Shown in pieces: positions 39,139-50,284 of a stretch of DNA of 64,000 bases. The stretch covers positions 50,034,001-50,098,000 of the forward strand of contig NC_043008.1 of assembly GCF_006345805.1 (NCBI RefSeq), read 5' to 3'. The stretch comes from Octopus sinensis. Lineage: Eukaryota. Position 1 is the stretch's first letter; each line of letters opens with the position of its first letter. The notes beneath the pieces were generated by a model. That model did no database searches and was not told the DNA's origin. It was given only the letters and a program-made list of their open reading frames with translations. Made by a program: the position numbers and the translations under genes.

Positions 39139-39387
39139 CATATATATGTATATATATAGTGAGAGAGAGAGAGAGAGAGCTACATTCAGTTAATTTTGAG
39201 GAAGAGAGTGAGTTTGTTTGCAGGAAAATAGAGTAATTCAATACCAAAACCCACAAAACGTAAATTGCCAGAAGATTTAAATTAATTACCTTTCAAAACT
39301 TCTGAGTCAGTCTCTAACAAGCAACACACAATGAATGAACCAAAACTTGTGACAGCGCTGCAGAGTGAGGCAGGGAGGACCGGTGGT

Positions 39388-39446
39388 GGGTGAGGGGTGA
39401 GGGTCAGCAGAGTGGAGGGTAGGGAAGGGCAAGAGGGGGGAGGGGG
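39388..39446 (+). other. G-quadruplex-capable tract
   Basis: Eight runs of three or more G with short loops: ggg tga gggg tga ggg ... ggg ta ggg aa ggg caaga gggggg a ggggg. Confidence 0.55.
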
Positions 39447-39850
39447 AGAGAGAAAAATACAAAGAAGACAAAGTGATAAAGAAAATTTTTTTGTCACCTT
39501 TTTATTTTCACGAAACCTACTTTAAATGACACAATAGTCTCCATTACATCTATAACAAGTATATGTGTGTGCTTAAGAACCCTGCGTCCAAACCATGTGG
39601 CCTTGAGTTCAGTCCCACTGCGCAGCACCTGGGGCATATGTCTTCAATAATAACCCTGGGCTGACCAAAGCCTTGAGAGAAGATTTGGTCGATAGAAACC
39701 TTTAACAATTATATATCCGCTGCATCAGAAATCTGCAATGGCTCCATAACTACCGTCTCGGCTATAACCTTGGAACCCTCGTAATCCCTTACAGCATTTA
39801 CCTAGCATACCTAATCGTTTAGATCACCTGTGAACAAAACCCCCCTACAT

Positions 39851-39886
<36 letters not shown>

Positions 39887-40066
39887 CTACTAATATAGGA
39901 TGAAGTTTTTTCTACAGAAAAAAAATTCCATCAAAAAATGTGGCAGCATATTAAAATACCTTTACGATTAAAATTATAAACAACTTATATATAAGGGCTA
40001 AAGAAAATTATTTCAATGCCAATATGCTGATAACAGACTTTTAAATCGTCAAATTTCCACATATTA

Positions 40067-40530
40067 TAGAAATATCATTATTTCTAATACTCTCTAAAGG
40101 AGACTATGGCAGCAGTACTGGATATTAATAGTTATCGCCAAATTAACATGGCAGTCCAGATAAATAGGACAAATGCTGCTGTTGATTTGCTCCAAGACAC
40201 AAACCTGTGTCCATTATAAACTTCGAACAGAGGAGGTCAGCAGCTTCCCCTTGCTGGTCTGGCATCCACAGACTAGTTTCAAGGTGTTTGCTTCTTATCA
40301 ATGTGGATTAGCCGAATCTAACAGGTGTTGCTGCTGACCTACTGTTCGAAGGATTATTTACCTAAATTCAGTGGAATACATCCACTGGTTTTCAAAAATA
40401 GAAATATCATTATTTCTAATTCGCTCTAAAGGAGACTACGGCAGCAGTATTGGATATTAATAGTTAGCAACAAGCTAACATGGCAGTCCAGAAAAATAGG
40501 ACGAATGCTGTTGTTGATTAGCTCCAAGAG
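40067..40530. repeat. Direct repeat of about 132 bp (period 332) enclosing an inverted-repeat segment
   Basis: The unit tagaaatatcattatttctaat...gctccaaga occurs at 40067 and 40399. Confidence 0.85.
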
Positions 40531-40740
40531 GCCATATATATATAAAGTATTTGTGAGAGTAGTTAGGAGTAATAAGTGGAAATGAAAGGAGGTAGGGATG
40601 AAGCATAAAAGAGAAAGGAAGTAGGAGAGAGGAGGAGTTGAAAAGTAGGAGTGAGAGGAGGTTTTTTTTCACAAAAACTTTTGCTATTGTAAAGTCATTT
40701 CACAAAGTCATGGTCAATGCGACAATCGCACGCTACACAC

Positions 40741-40767
40741 CTTCCTTCCAAGTACTGCTGTAAACAT
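40741..40767 (-). CDS. Candidate first coding exon for the long isoform (MFTAVLGRK, phase 0)
   Basis: ATG TTT ACA GCA GTA CTT GGA AGG AAG|gtgtgt is in frame with the 36503 exon. It lies in non-repeat sequence with a TGCGCATGCA motif nearby. No homology to the usual YEQTL exon end. Confidence 0.22.
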
Positions 40768-41359
40768 CAGAAGTGAGCTAGAATGTTAAAACTTAGTGCG
40801 CATGCACAGCAGAGTTCAAGATCAATCTATGCCAAGCGGTTTCACTCTGTATGCTTTAGCTTCATTATTATAGCAACAGTCCAGATACATATTGAGCAGA
40901 CCTCGTATAAAGAACAGATTGATTGTTACGTGATAGGGTTTAAAGAAACGATAAATAAATATGAGCTGACAAACAAGTCAGGACAGAGGTTATGGCAATG
41001 GTTTAGATTCTGGTTACCAAGAACAGTTGTCAAAGCTGAATCATTCATTTTCAGAAACTACTAATTGTTTAGCGCCAGAGGCCAATTTTGGTCAAGGTGG
41101 TCATAAGTTGTAACTAATCTGTCGTTTCTTTTCCAGACATAGCATTTCTAAGAATATCATCATCCAATGTGTTGTTCCATTTTTTCATAGAGATTTGGCT
41201 TCTATTTCTAACAGGTTGTTGCAAGGCTAGTTAGACGCCCCCTCTATATTTCACTAGCTATTGATTGTTATTGTGGAGATGAGATCAAAACCAATGAGAC
41301 AGCCTTAAGAGAAGCAGAAATAATACATTTCCATGAACATCCTACATCTTACATAAGGT

Positions 41360-41540
41360 CAGGCTTGATGGTGCAGACCTGTGATCAAAGGTTTTCCACT
41401 TGTGATCATCCAGTCTTATTTTAAAAAATACTGCGCCCAAGATTGTGCTACAAAATGTGATATTTTTCATTTTTTTAAGAAAGTAAGGTGTGGGTTGAGA
41501 CACACTTGGCTGCTATTCCTAGTCTGTTGAATGACCAAGT
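41360..41540. mobile_element. Older, diverged dispersed repeat, family G
   Basis: Motifs gacctgtgatcaaagg...gtgtg(a/g)tttgag..gatttggctgctatttctagca recur at about 1890-2030, 3020-3150, 15340-15545, 22390-22480, 46550-46660, 52410-52530, 60360-60560 and 62760-62850. Confidence 0.6.
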
Positions 41541-43639
41541 AAACACTCATATTGTTTGACTGTATGATGACATTGGAGCGGGAGGAGAGAGGAGTGATAA
41601 AGTAGGAGTGAATTTTAGAGTAGGAGTGAAGAATAGGTAGGTGTGACAAAGTAGTTGTGAGAGTAGGTAGGAGTGATAAGTGGAAGTGAGAGGAGATATG
41701 GATGAAGAGTAAGAGTGAGAGGAGGTAGGAGAGAAGAGGAGTGAAAAGTAGGAGAGGAGGGGGGGTTGACAAAAACTTCTGCTGTTGTAAAGTCATTTCA
41801 CAAAGTTATACAGGAAAACAGAAATGACAAAAAAAAAAAAGAAATTAAAACACCGAGTTAACAACAACAACAACAATAAATACAACATTTTTTTTTTTTT
41901 CACAAAGTTTAAAATGTTAAAAGCAAGACAAAAAGGAGCTTTGTCTCAATTTTTGTTTTTCTTTCTCGTTTTCATTTTATCTTCACAGATTCTTGATATG
42001 CCATTTCCTGTGAAAAACGTTCATCCTTTATTGGGTGACATTAGCCAAAAATATCAAAGAGAATAGATGCAACAGCAACAGATGAAATAGGTCAGTTGGT
42101 GAATGTTGTAAAATATATGTGCATCTATCATCAGATTAAAATTGTTATGATGAGTGGACAGCTTGTCACACACATTGGAAATTCATGCAACAAAAACTGT
42201 TTTCTCTAACTGCAGCAGGCAGTTAAAAAGCAATCATAATCACCCAACGGTTAAAAAGAAAATTAAATTTTAAATATTAAGTGCATTAAATGCATAGGTG
42301 TTGGCAAGGCTGCGTGGTTAAGAAACTGATTTTTGCACCCGCATGGTCTCAAGGGTAATCCCATTGTGCAGCGCCTTGGGCAAGTATTTTCTACTATATC
42401 CAACTGGCTTCCTAGCCCCGACTCGCTTCCTGCCCCGACTGGCTTCCGTGCCAGTGACACGTAAAAAGCACCATCCGATCGTGGCCGTTTGCCAGCCTCG
42501 TCTGGCACCTGTGCCAGTGGCACATAAAAAGCACCCACTACACTCACGGAGTGGTTGGTGTTAGGAAGGGCATCCAGCTGTAGAAACACTGCCAGATCAG
42601 ACTGGGCCTGACACAGCCTTCTGGATTCCCAGACCCCAGTTGAACCGTCCAATCCATGCCAGCATGGAAAGCGGACGCTAAACGATGATGATGATGATCC
42701 CTAAGCTGTCCAATGCCATGTGAATGGATTTGAGAGATGGAAACTGAAAGTAGCCCATCAGGTGTATATACGTGTTTCCTTGTCTTGATTATCGTCTCAT
42801 ATTATAGTTGGAAGCAATCATCAGCATCATACAAGCTGTGTCGGATCCAATCAGTTGTGAGCATTCTTGGAGTTTTAATATAGTGTATCGCAAAAATTCA
42901 ATTTATCAAATTAACAGGTGTCTTGTGGACAGAGAGACATTCTTCATGAGATCTTTGTACTTGACAGAGACAGAGAAAGAGAGGAAGAGTAAGTGAACGT
43001 GGGCGAGCGATGGAGAAAGGGAATGCTCGAGTGTGCACACAGGTGTGTGTGTGTGTGTTTGTGTGGGTGCAGCTACATACCTGCAAGTGTGTGCGCAGGT
43101 GCATGCCTGCATCATTATGTAGGGGCAGCTGCATGTCCGTGTGTGCAGGCTCATTTGTATCTGTATGAGTGGGCGCATGTGCATATCTGCAGGTGTAGCT
43201 GCATACCTGGCTGTGTGGATGTGCAGGTGCATACTGCATGTGCAGGCACATATCAGGGTGCAGGTGTGTATATGTATGTGTGTGCTAGAATGTATGTCAA
43301 GTCTATGCTAGAACTCTCAATAACATGTGCTGGAATGTGTTCATCAGTGCTAGAATGTATGTATGCATGTGTGGATGCCTGTATCTAACATTACACAAAG
43401 GATCAGGCAGTTGATAGGATCTAATAAGCCAGAGGACTGTATTGAGCTCTGGTGTCCACTTGGGCATAGTTCCAATCATTATCATCATCATCATCGTTTA
43501 ACGTCCTCTTTCTATGCTAGCATGGGTTGGACGATTTTGACTGAGGGCTGGCGAACCAGACGGCCGCACCAGGCTCCAATCTTGATCTGGCAGAGTTTCT
43601 ACAGCTTGATGCCCTTCTTAACACCAACCACTCCGTATA

Positions 43640-43859
43640 TGTATGTGTGTGTGACTGCGTGTGTACCATTGGGCGATTTTTTTTCCTCCGTCTTCCCTTC
43701 TCTTGATCTTTCCTTCTCCTATGTTTCTGACGAAGAGCTCCACTCGAAACGTAAAACCCTCCTTCTTCCCTTCCTTCCTGAGCGTCCAATAATACTATAT
43801 TTGTTCCACGTCCTCGCGTTGTTGTGTTTTCTCTTTGTGTTTTCATGTTTGGATTAACT

Positions 43860-43860
<1 letters not shown>
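43640..43860 (+). mobile_element. Repeat carrying a minimal hammerhead-like motif (43723-43757); reverse copy at about 53110-53310
   Basis: GTTT CTGACGA A GAG ctcca CTC GAAACGTA AAAC, flanked by TA-rich microsatellite. Confidence 0.6.
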
Positions 43861-43893
<33 letters not shown>

Positions 43894-46861
43894 TAGATAT
43901 ATATATATATATATATACATATATACACACACACATGTGAATGTATGTATATATAGACATGTGTGTATGTATGTATATATACATCAAAGATATTAAATAA
44001 TATCTATTTGGGTTTTTCCCTACACAAAAAAATTAGGTTACATATGATATTCATAACATTGAATGTATTAAAAACCACACAGACACACCGATGCAGTGTT
44101 ATGTGTAGTCTTTTGGCTTGCTGAATTCTCTGAAATAGCCCAACCCTTCCCAGCATGGAGGACTGACGTAAAACGATGATAATGATGATGATATATTTAC
44201 ATACACGTACAGATTTACACTCATGAACATATTTATGCATACACAAATATATATATAAATTCACCCATGAATATATTTATCTTGTATCTTTTACTTGTTT
44301 CAGTCATTAGACTACGGCCATGCTGGGGCACCACCTTCAAGGACTTTTAGCTGAATGGAGCAATCCCAGTAATTATTTTTCTATTTTTAAATCCGGTACT
44401 TATTCTATCAGTTTCTTTTGCCAAACCACTAAGTTACAGTGACATAAACACACCAACACCGGTTCTTAAATGGTGGGTGGTGGACAATCCCCACCCTCCC
44501 CCTGAGAACCATGAGGTTGGGAAACAATCTTCTTCTGACACAGCTACACCTGTGCCTATATATTTATACACCTGTGAACCCTGCCAAAACAGACACAGAA
44601 GTCTGGTGCAGGCTCCTGCCTGGCCAGCTCCTATCAAACCATCCAACCCATGCCAGCATGGAAGGCAGACATTAAACGATGATGATAATGACACAAATAT
44701 ATTTACACACGAATTTATATACATACACAGTTATATACATACACATGGGACGAGGTGGTGAAGCATGATCTTCAAACGTTGGGCGCCTCATGGAGGCAAT
44801 GACTAATGACCGAGACCTTTGGCGATATGCTGTGCTCGAGAAGAGCTAAGTGAAATTGTAGTCATGACTGATGCCAGTGTCACAGTGTCACATAATTGGC
44901 ACCCATGCCAGTGGCACATGAAAAGCACCTTTCAAGCGTTGAGCCTCACAGAGACAATGTGGTCGATGCTGGTGTAATGTACCTGGCATGTAAAAAGCAC
45001 CTTTCAAGCGTTGGGCCTCATGGAGGCATCTGGCACCCATGCTAGAGGCACATAAAAAGCAACTGCCAAGTGTTGGGCCTCACGGAGGCAATGTGTCCGT
45101 TGCCAGTATCGCGTAACTGGCACCTGTGCCGGTAGCACAAATAAAAAGCACCTATCCAGTGTTGGGCCTCACGGAGGCAATGACTGAGACCTTCAGCAAT
45201 ATGCCCTGCTTGAGAAGAAGACCCATGAAGCCAAGTGAAATGATGGCCATGGCAGATACTGGTGTCATGCAACAGGCACCCATGCCAATAGCACATAAAA
45301 GCACCCATTACACTTTCAGAGTGGTTGGCATTAGGAAGGGCATCAAGCCATAGAAACTGGGCCAAATCAGACCAGAGTCTGGTGCAGCCTCTCAGCTTAC
45401 CAGCCCTGGTTGGAGCCACATGGAGCTTAGATGCTTTGCTCATAAACACACACATCACCCAGTCTGAGATTCGAACCTGCAATCCCTTGACTGCAAGTCC
45501 TCTGCTCTAACCACTTGACCATGTGCCTCCATTATAATAACTATACTATATCATTATTCATTTGTTTAATGTAGCAAGCTGGCAGAATTGTTAGCATGCT
45601 GGACAAACTACTTTCTGTCATTTCTCTCAGCTTTATGTTCTGAGTTCAAATTCCACTGACGTCAACTTTGTCTTTCAGCCATTCAGGGTCAGTAAAATAA
45701 GTTCAGTCTATCACTGGGGTCAATCTAATTAACTGGCTGCCTCCCACCTAAATTTCAGGCCTTGTGCCTATAATAGAAAGGATTGGCATTCATTTCTTTG
45801 TTTCAGTTTTACATTCGTTTTCCCATGACAATATAGGTTGGACAAATATGTACTGAAGCACTGCTTTGTCCATTCCTTATATAATCCTTTAGCATTTCAA
45901 CTGACCACATCCAGCCTAATTATTCTATCAAACTGGCCAGATCCAGCCTCTCACACCTACCTGGCAATGTCATTCTTAAGATAAGCAATCACATCATCAA
46001 AATCCCAAAGCTACGAGATAATGCATGATTAATTCAAAATAACGTGAATAAATAAGCATTACATTGGACAAAGAAACCGTAATGCTAAAGGGTTAAAATA
46101 GAAGTAAGGATTGGATTTGAGGAGATTTAGCTGTTATATATAACAGTTCAAGTAACCACATAGGGGCCTCTCTCAATTTTACAGCATTAATGTTTAGCAT
46201 GGAGTGTTGTGACTCTTCTGTGTACCTATTGTCTATCTGACAGACAGAGTCATTTGCCCAATGACCCAACAGAGCTCCTCACTTCTAGGCCGGCCATCTG
46301 GTACCTTATCAACTTACTGCCCATATATATATACTATATACTAATTTGCTTTTAACCATTCTACATACCAACCTACCCAGGAAATACTCATGCTCACACA
46401 TAGTTATTAAGTTATTTTAAAAGAGAAATCTGCTTGTGATCAATGGTGAATTGTAGATATTAAAACAGTATGTGTTGAAGATTATAATTATATATATTGT
46501 ATATTATATAAACTTGTCAAGCTTACAGTCTTGGGGATGGGGCAGGGAGGAAAAGGACACAAGGGCACCTTGAATAAAGCAGTCAAGAAAAAAATGGGAT
46601 GGTCACAGCTGGAATACGTTTGATCATAGGTTTGTTCATTCAGGTCTAACCTGGAACTTAACAGCAACATATTACCATAATCATTGTTTATAATAGAAAT
46701 GCTATTTGTTTTTTTATGACTATGCTGTGTTTATAAATAGTGTAGAAAATGTGAAATCAACAGAATAGTTTAGAAGAGTGTTTTTGTAAGAATAGCAAAC
46801 CAATTTACTGTTGAAATCCAGGTTACAAGATATGACAAGTAAAAGGGTGAAATGAGGTTTA

Positions 46862-47684
46862 CAAGGTGCATTTCAGAGGTTTTTGAGACTCTTTTAGGAA
46901 AGACAGTTATAACAGCCCTAGATTATTGTAACTTTAGTATACCACTACTATATATCCAATAAGCTGATCTGCCAACTTTTGTTATTCCAGATGGAGGAGA
47001 CAGCTGTAAAGAGCACATTGGACACACCCTAATAAACACTGCTGGTCACAGTTGGCTAATTTTCAGAATGAAGCCAGAACGTGAAGACAGTTTGGAAGCT
47101 CAATTTGGAATACAGTTTTGTGTTAAACTGAGAAAAAATGCTACAGAAACATGGAATACTTCAGCCTGCTTATGGATTAACTGGTTTTCACTGAATCAAG
47201 AGGCCAGGCAAAGCAAGTTCACCAGGAAACTCATGATGACCCCCTTTTTTGACAGCATGGGCATCATCTTCATCCACTCAGTTCTCTCTCAAACTTAACA
47301 ATCAACAAAGAGTATTTTGTGGAAGTTTTGAGGGAATTCTGGAAGAGATTTCATCACAAAAGGCTAGAGTACCTGCACCAGCCCACAATTTTACCCTGGT
47401 AACCAACTTCATGACAGAAATGGGCATCAGAACTGTCCCATATCCTCTCTACAGACCAGACATTGCTTCTTGTAACTTTTGGCTGTTCCCAAATATGAAG
47501 GAAGCTGTGATAAGGGTCCCAAACATCTTCACTTTGGAAGACTCCCATAGGACCTTCACAAAGTGGCTGGAAGTGCACTGAAGTCAGAGGATCCTATTTT
47601 GAAGGAGATCAGAGTACAAGGTACTTCTTTGAAATTAATAAACGTCTCTCCTGAAATGTATCAAAACTTCCAGAATGTACCTTG
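46862..47684 (+). mobile_element. Mariner transposon relic with both TIRs
   Basis: TA|CAAGGTGCATTTC...GAATGTACCTTG|TA. Fragments read AQFGIQFCVKLRKNATET, QARQSKFTRKLMMTPFFDSMGII and VPYPLYRPDIASCNFWLFPNMK (YSPDL-like), with frameshifts and deletions. Confidence 0.9.
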
Positions 47685-48636
47685 TAAGTATTTAATCTTC
47701 CAATTTATAAACAATATTTTCCAGCATACAAATTAAATTATTCAAACCAAAATTTACAACCCCCCAAAAATATATAGGTCAACTTATACAACTTGACGGC
47801 TTTGGAGGACCAAAGCTTCCATATGAAATGAGACCAAATTTGGAAAGATAGTGACGATATTTGAATGTTTACACTACATAATATGTCAACTTGTATGCCA
47901 CAAAACATGATTTTTACATTGCATTAAACCTTCCCCATTTCACTAAAAGTTTGTCTAAATTTTTTTATGGAAATTAATCGAGACTAAATGTTCTTGTGCA
48001 AAATTATGTCAGTGAGAGATGGGAAATGAGGATGGCATTAAGAATTATAATTCAAGAAGGTTCGGTGTTTATTTGCTGTTTAACATTTAAACAATTGTTA
48101 TTGAAATGACAAATTACTGTAGGTAACACGCTGCAGTGTCACCCTCGATGCAAACGTGTCTTTGATCTTAGATTTGACCAAGAAGGTTATTTTAAAAGGG
48201 CAATAGCAGTTTCTTTGTTTAAATGTTCATAGTTCTGCACAACTGAACCATAATAGCATAATTAAAAGTCAGCTGGAATATTAACTTGGGGAAAATTAGT
48301 AATATGGCTTTTTAAAAGGAAACGGGCATTTGTCCCCTCACAAGGCAGTACAACCTGGGAGTAGGTACCATGCTTCCACTCATTGTTTTAAACAGAGTTG
48401 AAAATAGGAAGAACATCAAACTGTAAAATCTTGCCTCAAAACCAATTCCTGTCCAAGCCATACTACCAAAGAGAAACAGAGCCTAAATGAATGAAAGAAC
48501 TATATATCATCAACATCATTTATATATATATATATCATCATCATCACCCTTTAACGTCCGCTTTCCATGCTAGCACGGGTTGGACGATTTGACTGAGGAC
48601 TGGCAAACCAGATGGCGGCACCAGAATCTGATCTGA

Positions 48637-48671
<35 letters not shown>

Positions 48672-48675
<4 letters not shown>

Positions 48676-49133
48676 GGTTATTCAAGAAGAATGAACTGAT
48701 TCCATTACACAATATTTTAATAAGGAAAAGCAATAGAAAACTCAAGCTAAGTCAACAGTGTTTACTCACAATCTACTTTTATTCCCTGCCACCAACTGCA
48801 ACACGGGCAACATCAATGCAATCAGAGAATTCCTCCCAGATGCGCATATCAGCATATCAAAAGCAAGTTCATTATGGAACTAAAGAATGAATTTGCTTTG
48901 CTTGAGGCGATTCCAGAAGATATTGACATAGAAGGAAAATGGAAAAACTTCAATAAAGCATTCAACCAGACAGCCAAAGAAGTACTCAGTGAATCGTGAT
49001 GTGCTGATACGCGTCTGGGAGGAATTCTCTTATCACATTGATGTTGCCCGAGCTGCAACATCAATGCAAGTGTATCGGGTACACAGAGTGTATAGGGTAC
49101 ACAGAGTGTATAGGGTACACAGAGTGTATAGGG
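48672..49133. mobile_element. Rearranged Tc1-type relic: inverted transposase-tail arms around a LINE fragment, then an 18-bp tandem repeat
   Basis: TACAGGGT end. The arm translates MLIRVWEEFSYHIDVARAA and the insert MELKNEFALLEAIPEDIDIEGKWKNFNKAFNQTAKEVL. The unit agtgtatagggtacacag is repeated about 3.6 times. Confidence 0.7.
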
Positions 49134-50254
49134 TGCTTTTTATTTGCTGCCAGCAGTAATGAAATTACCATGCAGTTTGCAAGACTTTGAACCCTAAGAG
49201 AATCAGTTTTATGCTAGGAGGGGTGAAAGTAAGAGAGAGTGGGGTGTAGGAAGGAACACTGTAATGGGGATACTTGACTGCACACGTTTTAGAAGAGAGG
49301 GTGGGAGTGATCCGGGGGAGTGGGAAAGAGGTGAAAATAATGGTGATAAAGCACATGAGTGGACCCTCAAGGTATGAGATGGATAAAAATGAACAAGGCA
49401 GAAGGGACTAGTAGCATGGGCAAATGGCGGCCATATATATATATATGTATATATATATGTATATGTATATATAATTTAAACAAAAAAGATGAGCAAAGGG
49501 AAATAACTCAGAGCAACAGAAAAATACAGGTATATCAAATACAGTACAACATAAAATTCTTGATTTATTAAAACCAACACTACCCTTGGAGGATGTCTCC
49601 ATAACTCCCAAATGGCAACTGAGACCAGTTCCATATAAGAAGGGGAGATAATCTCAAGAATCAATAATTTTCCAAAGTTGACAAGCCATTCAGGAAAAGG
49701 AGATTATTTCCTGGGGATAAGAGGACAGACGTGGACACCATCATTTAGCATTCATATTCCATGCAGGCATGGGCTGGATGGTTTAATAGGATCCAACAAG
49801 CCAGAGGACTGAACCAGGTTCCAAAGTCTGCTTTGGCATGGTTTCTATGGCTGAAGGCCCGTCTTAATGTCACCCACTTTACAAAGCGTGCTGGATGCCT
49901 TTTTTAACCAGTATTAGTGAGGATGCTGTGAAACTTGCAAAACAAAGAAAAGGCCACCACCATCACCACCACTCCACTCTTAACCCTTTTGATACCAAAC
50001 TGCCTCAGATAGCTTCCAATTCTTAATGATACAAATCCCCAGTTTTGAAGCGATCTTAAAATCTTCCATCAAAATTCCATGTTAATTCATATTTTAAACA
50101 CTAACTTAAATAACAACAAACATATTTTAATTAAATTCTTAATTATTTTCAAAATTAACTGAAATAAAGGCAGTGTGTTTTGAGTGAAATGTGTGGTATC
50201 CAAAAGGTTTGAGCAAACACCATAACTTATTCCATCCAAAACTCCACTCCTTAC

Positions 50255-50284
50255 CAACCAAAATATTTTCTCACATTGGAACAT
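50255..50284 (-). CDS. Second candidate first coding exon (MFQCEKIFWL, phase 0)
   Basis: ATG...TGG TTG|gtaagg is a strong donor in frame with the 36503 exon. No homology support. Confidence 0.18.

Noticed and set aside
41975-42090. Minus-strand MAYQES(V), resembling YEQTL, and an overlapping plus-strand exon-like segment (41989-42090)
   Set aside because: There is no GT donor at the position needed to give YQESV|LCGQY. The plus-strand segment has stops in all frames and no partner exons.
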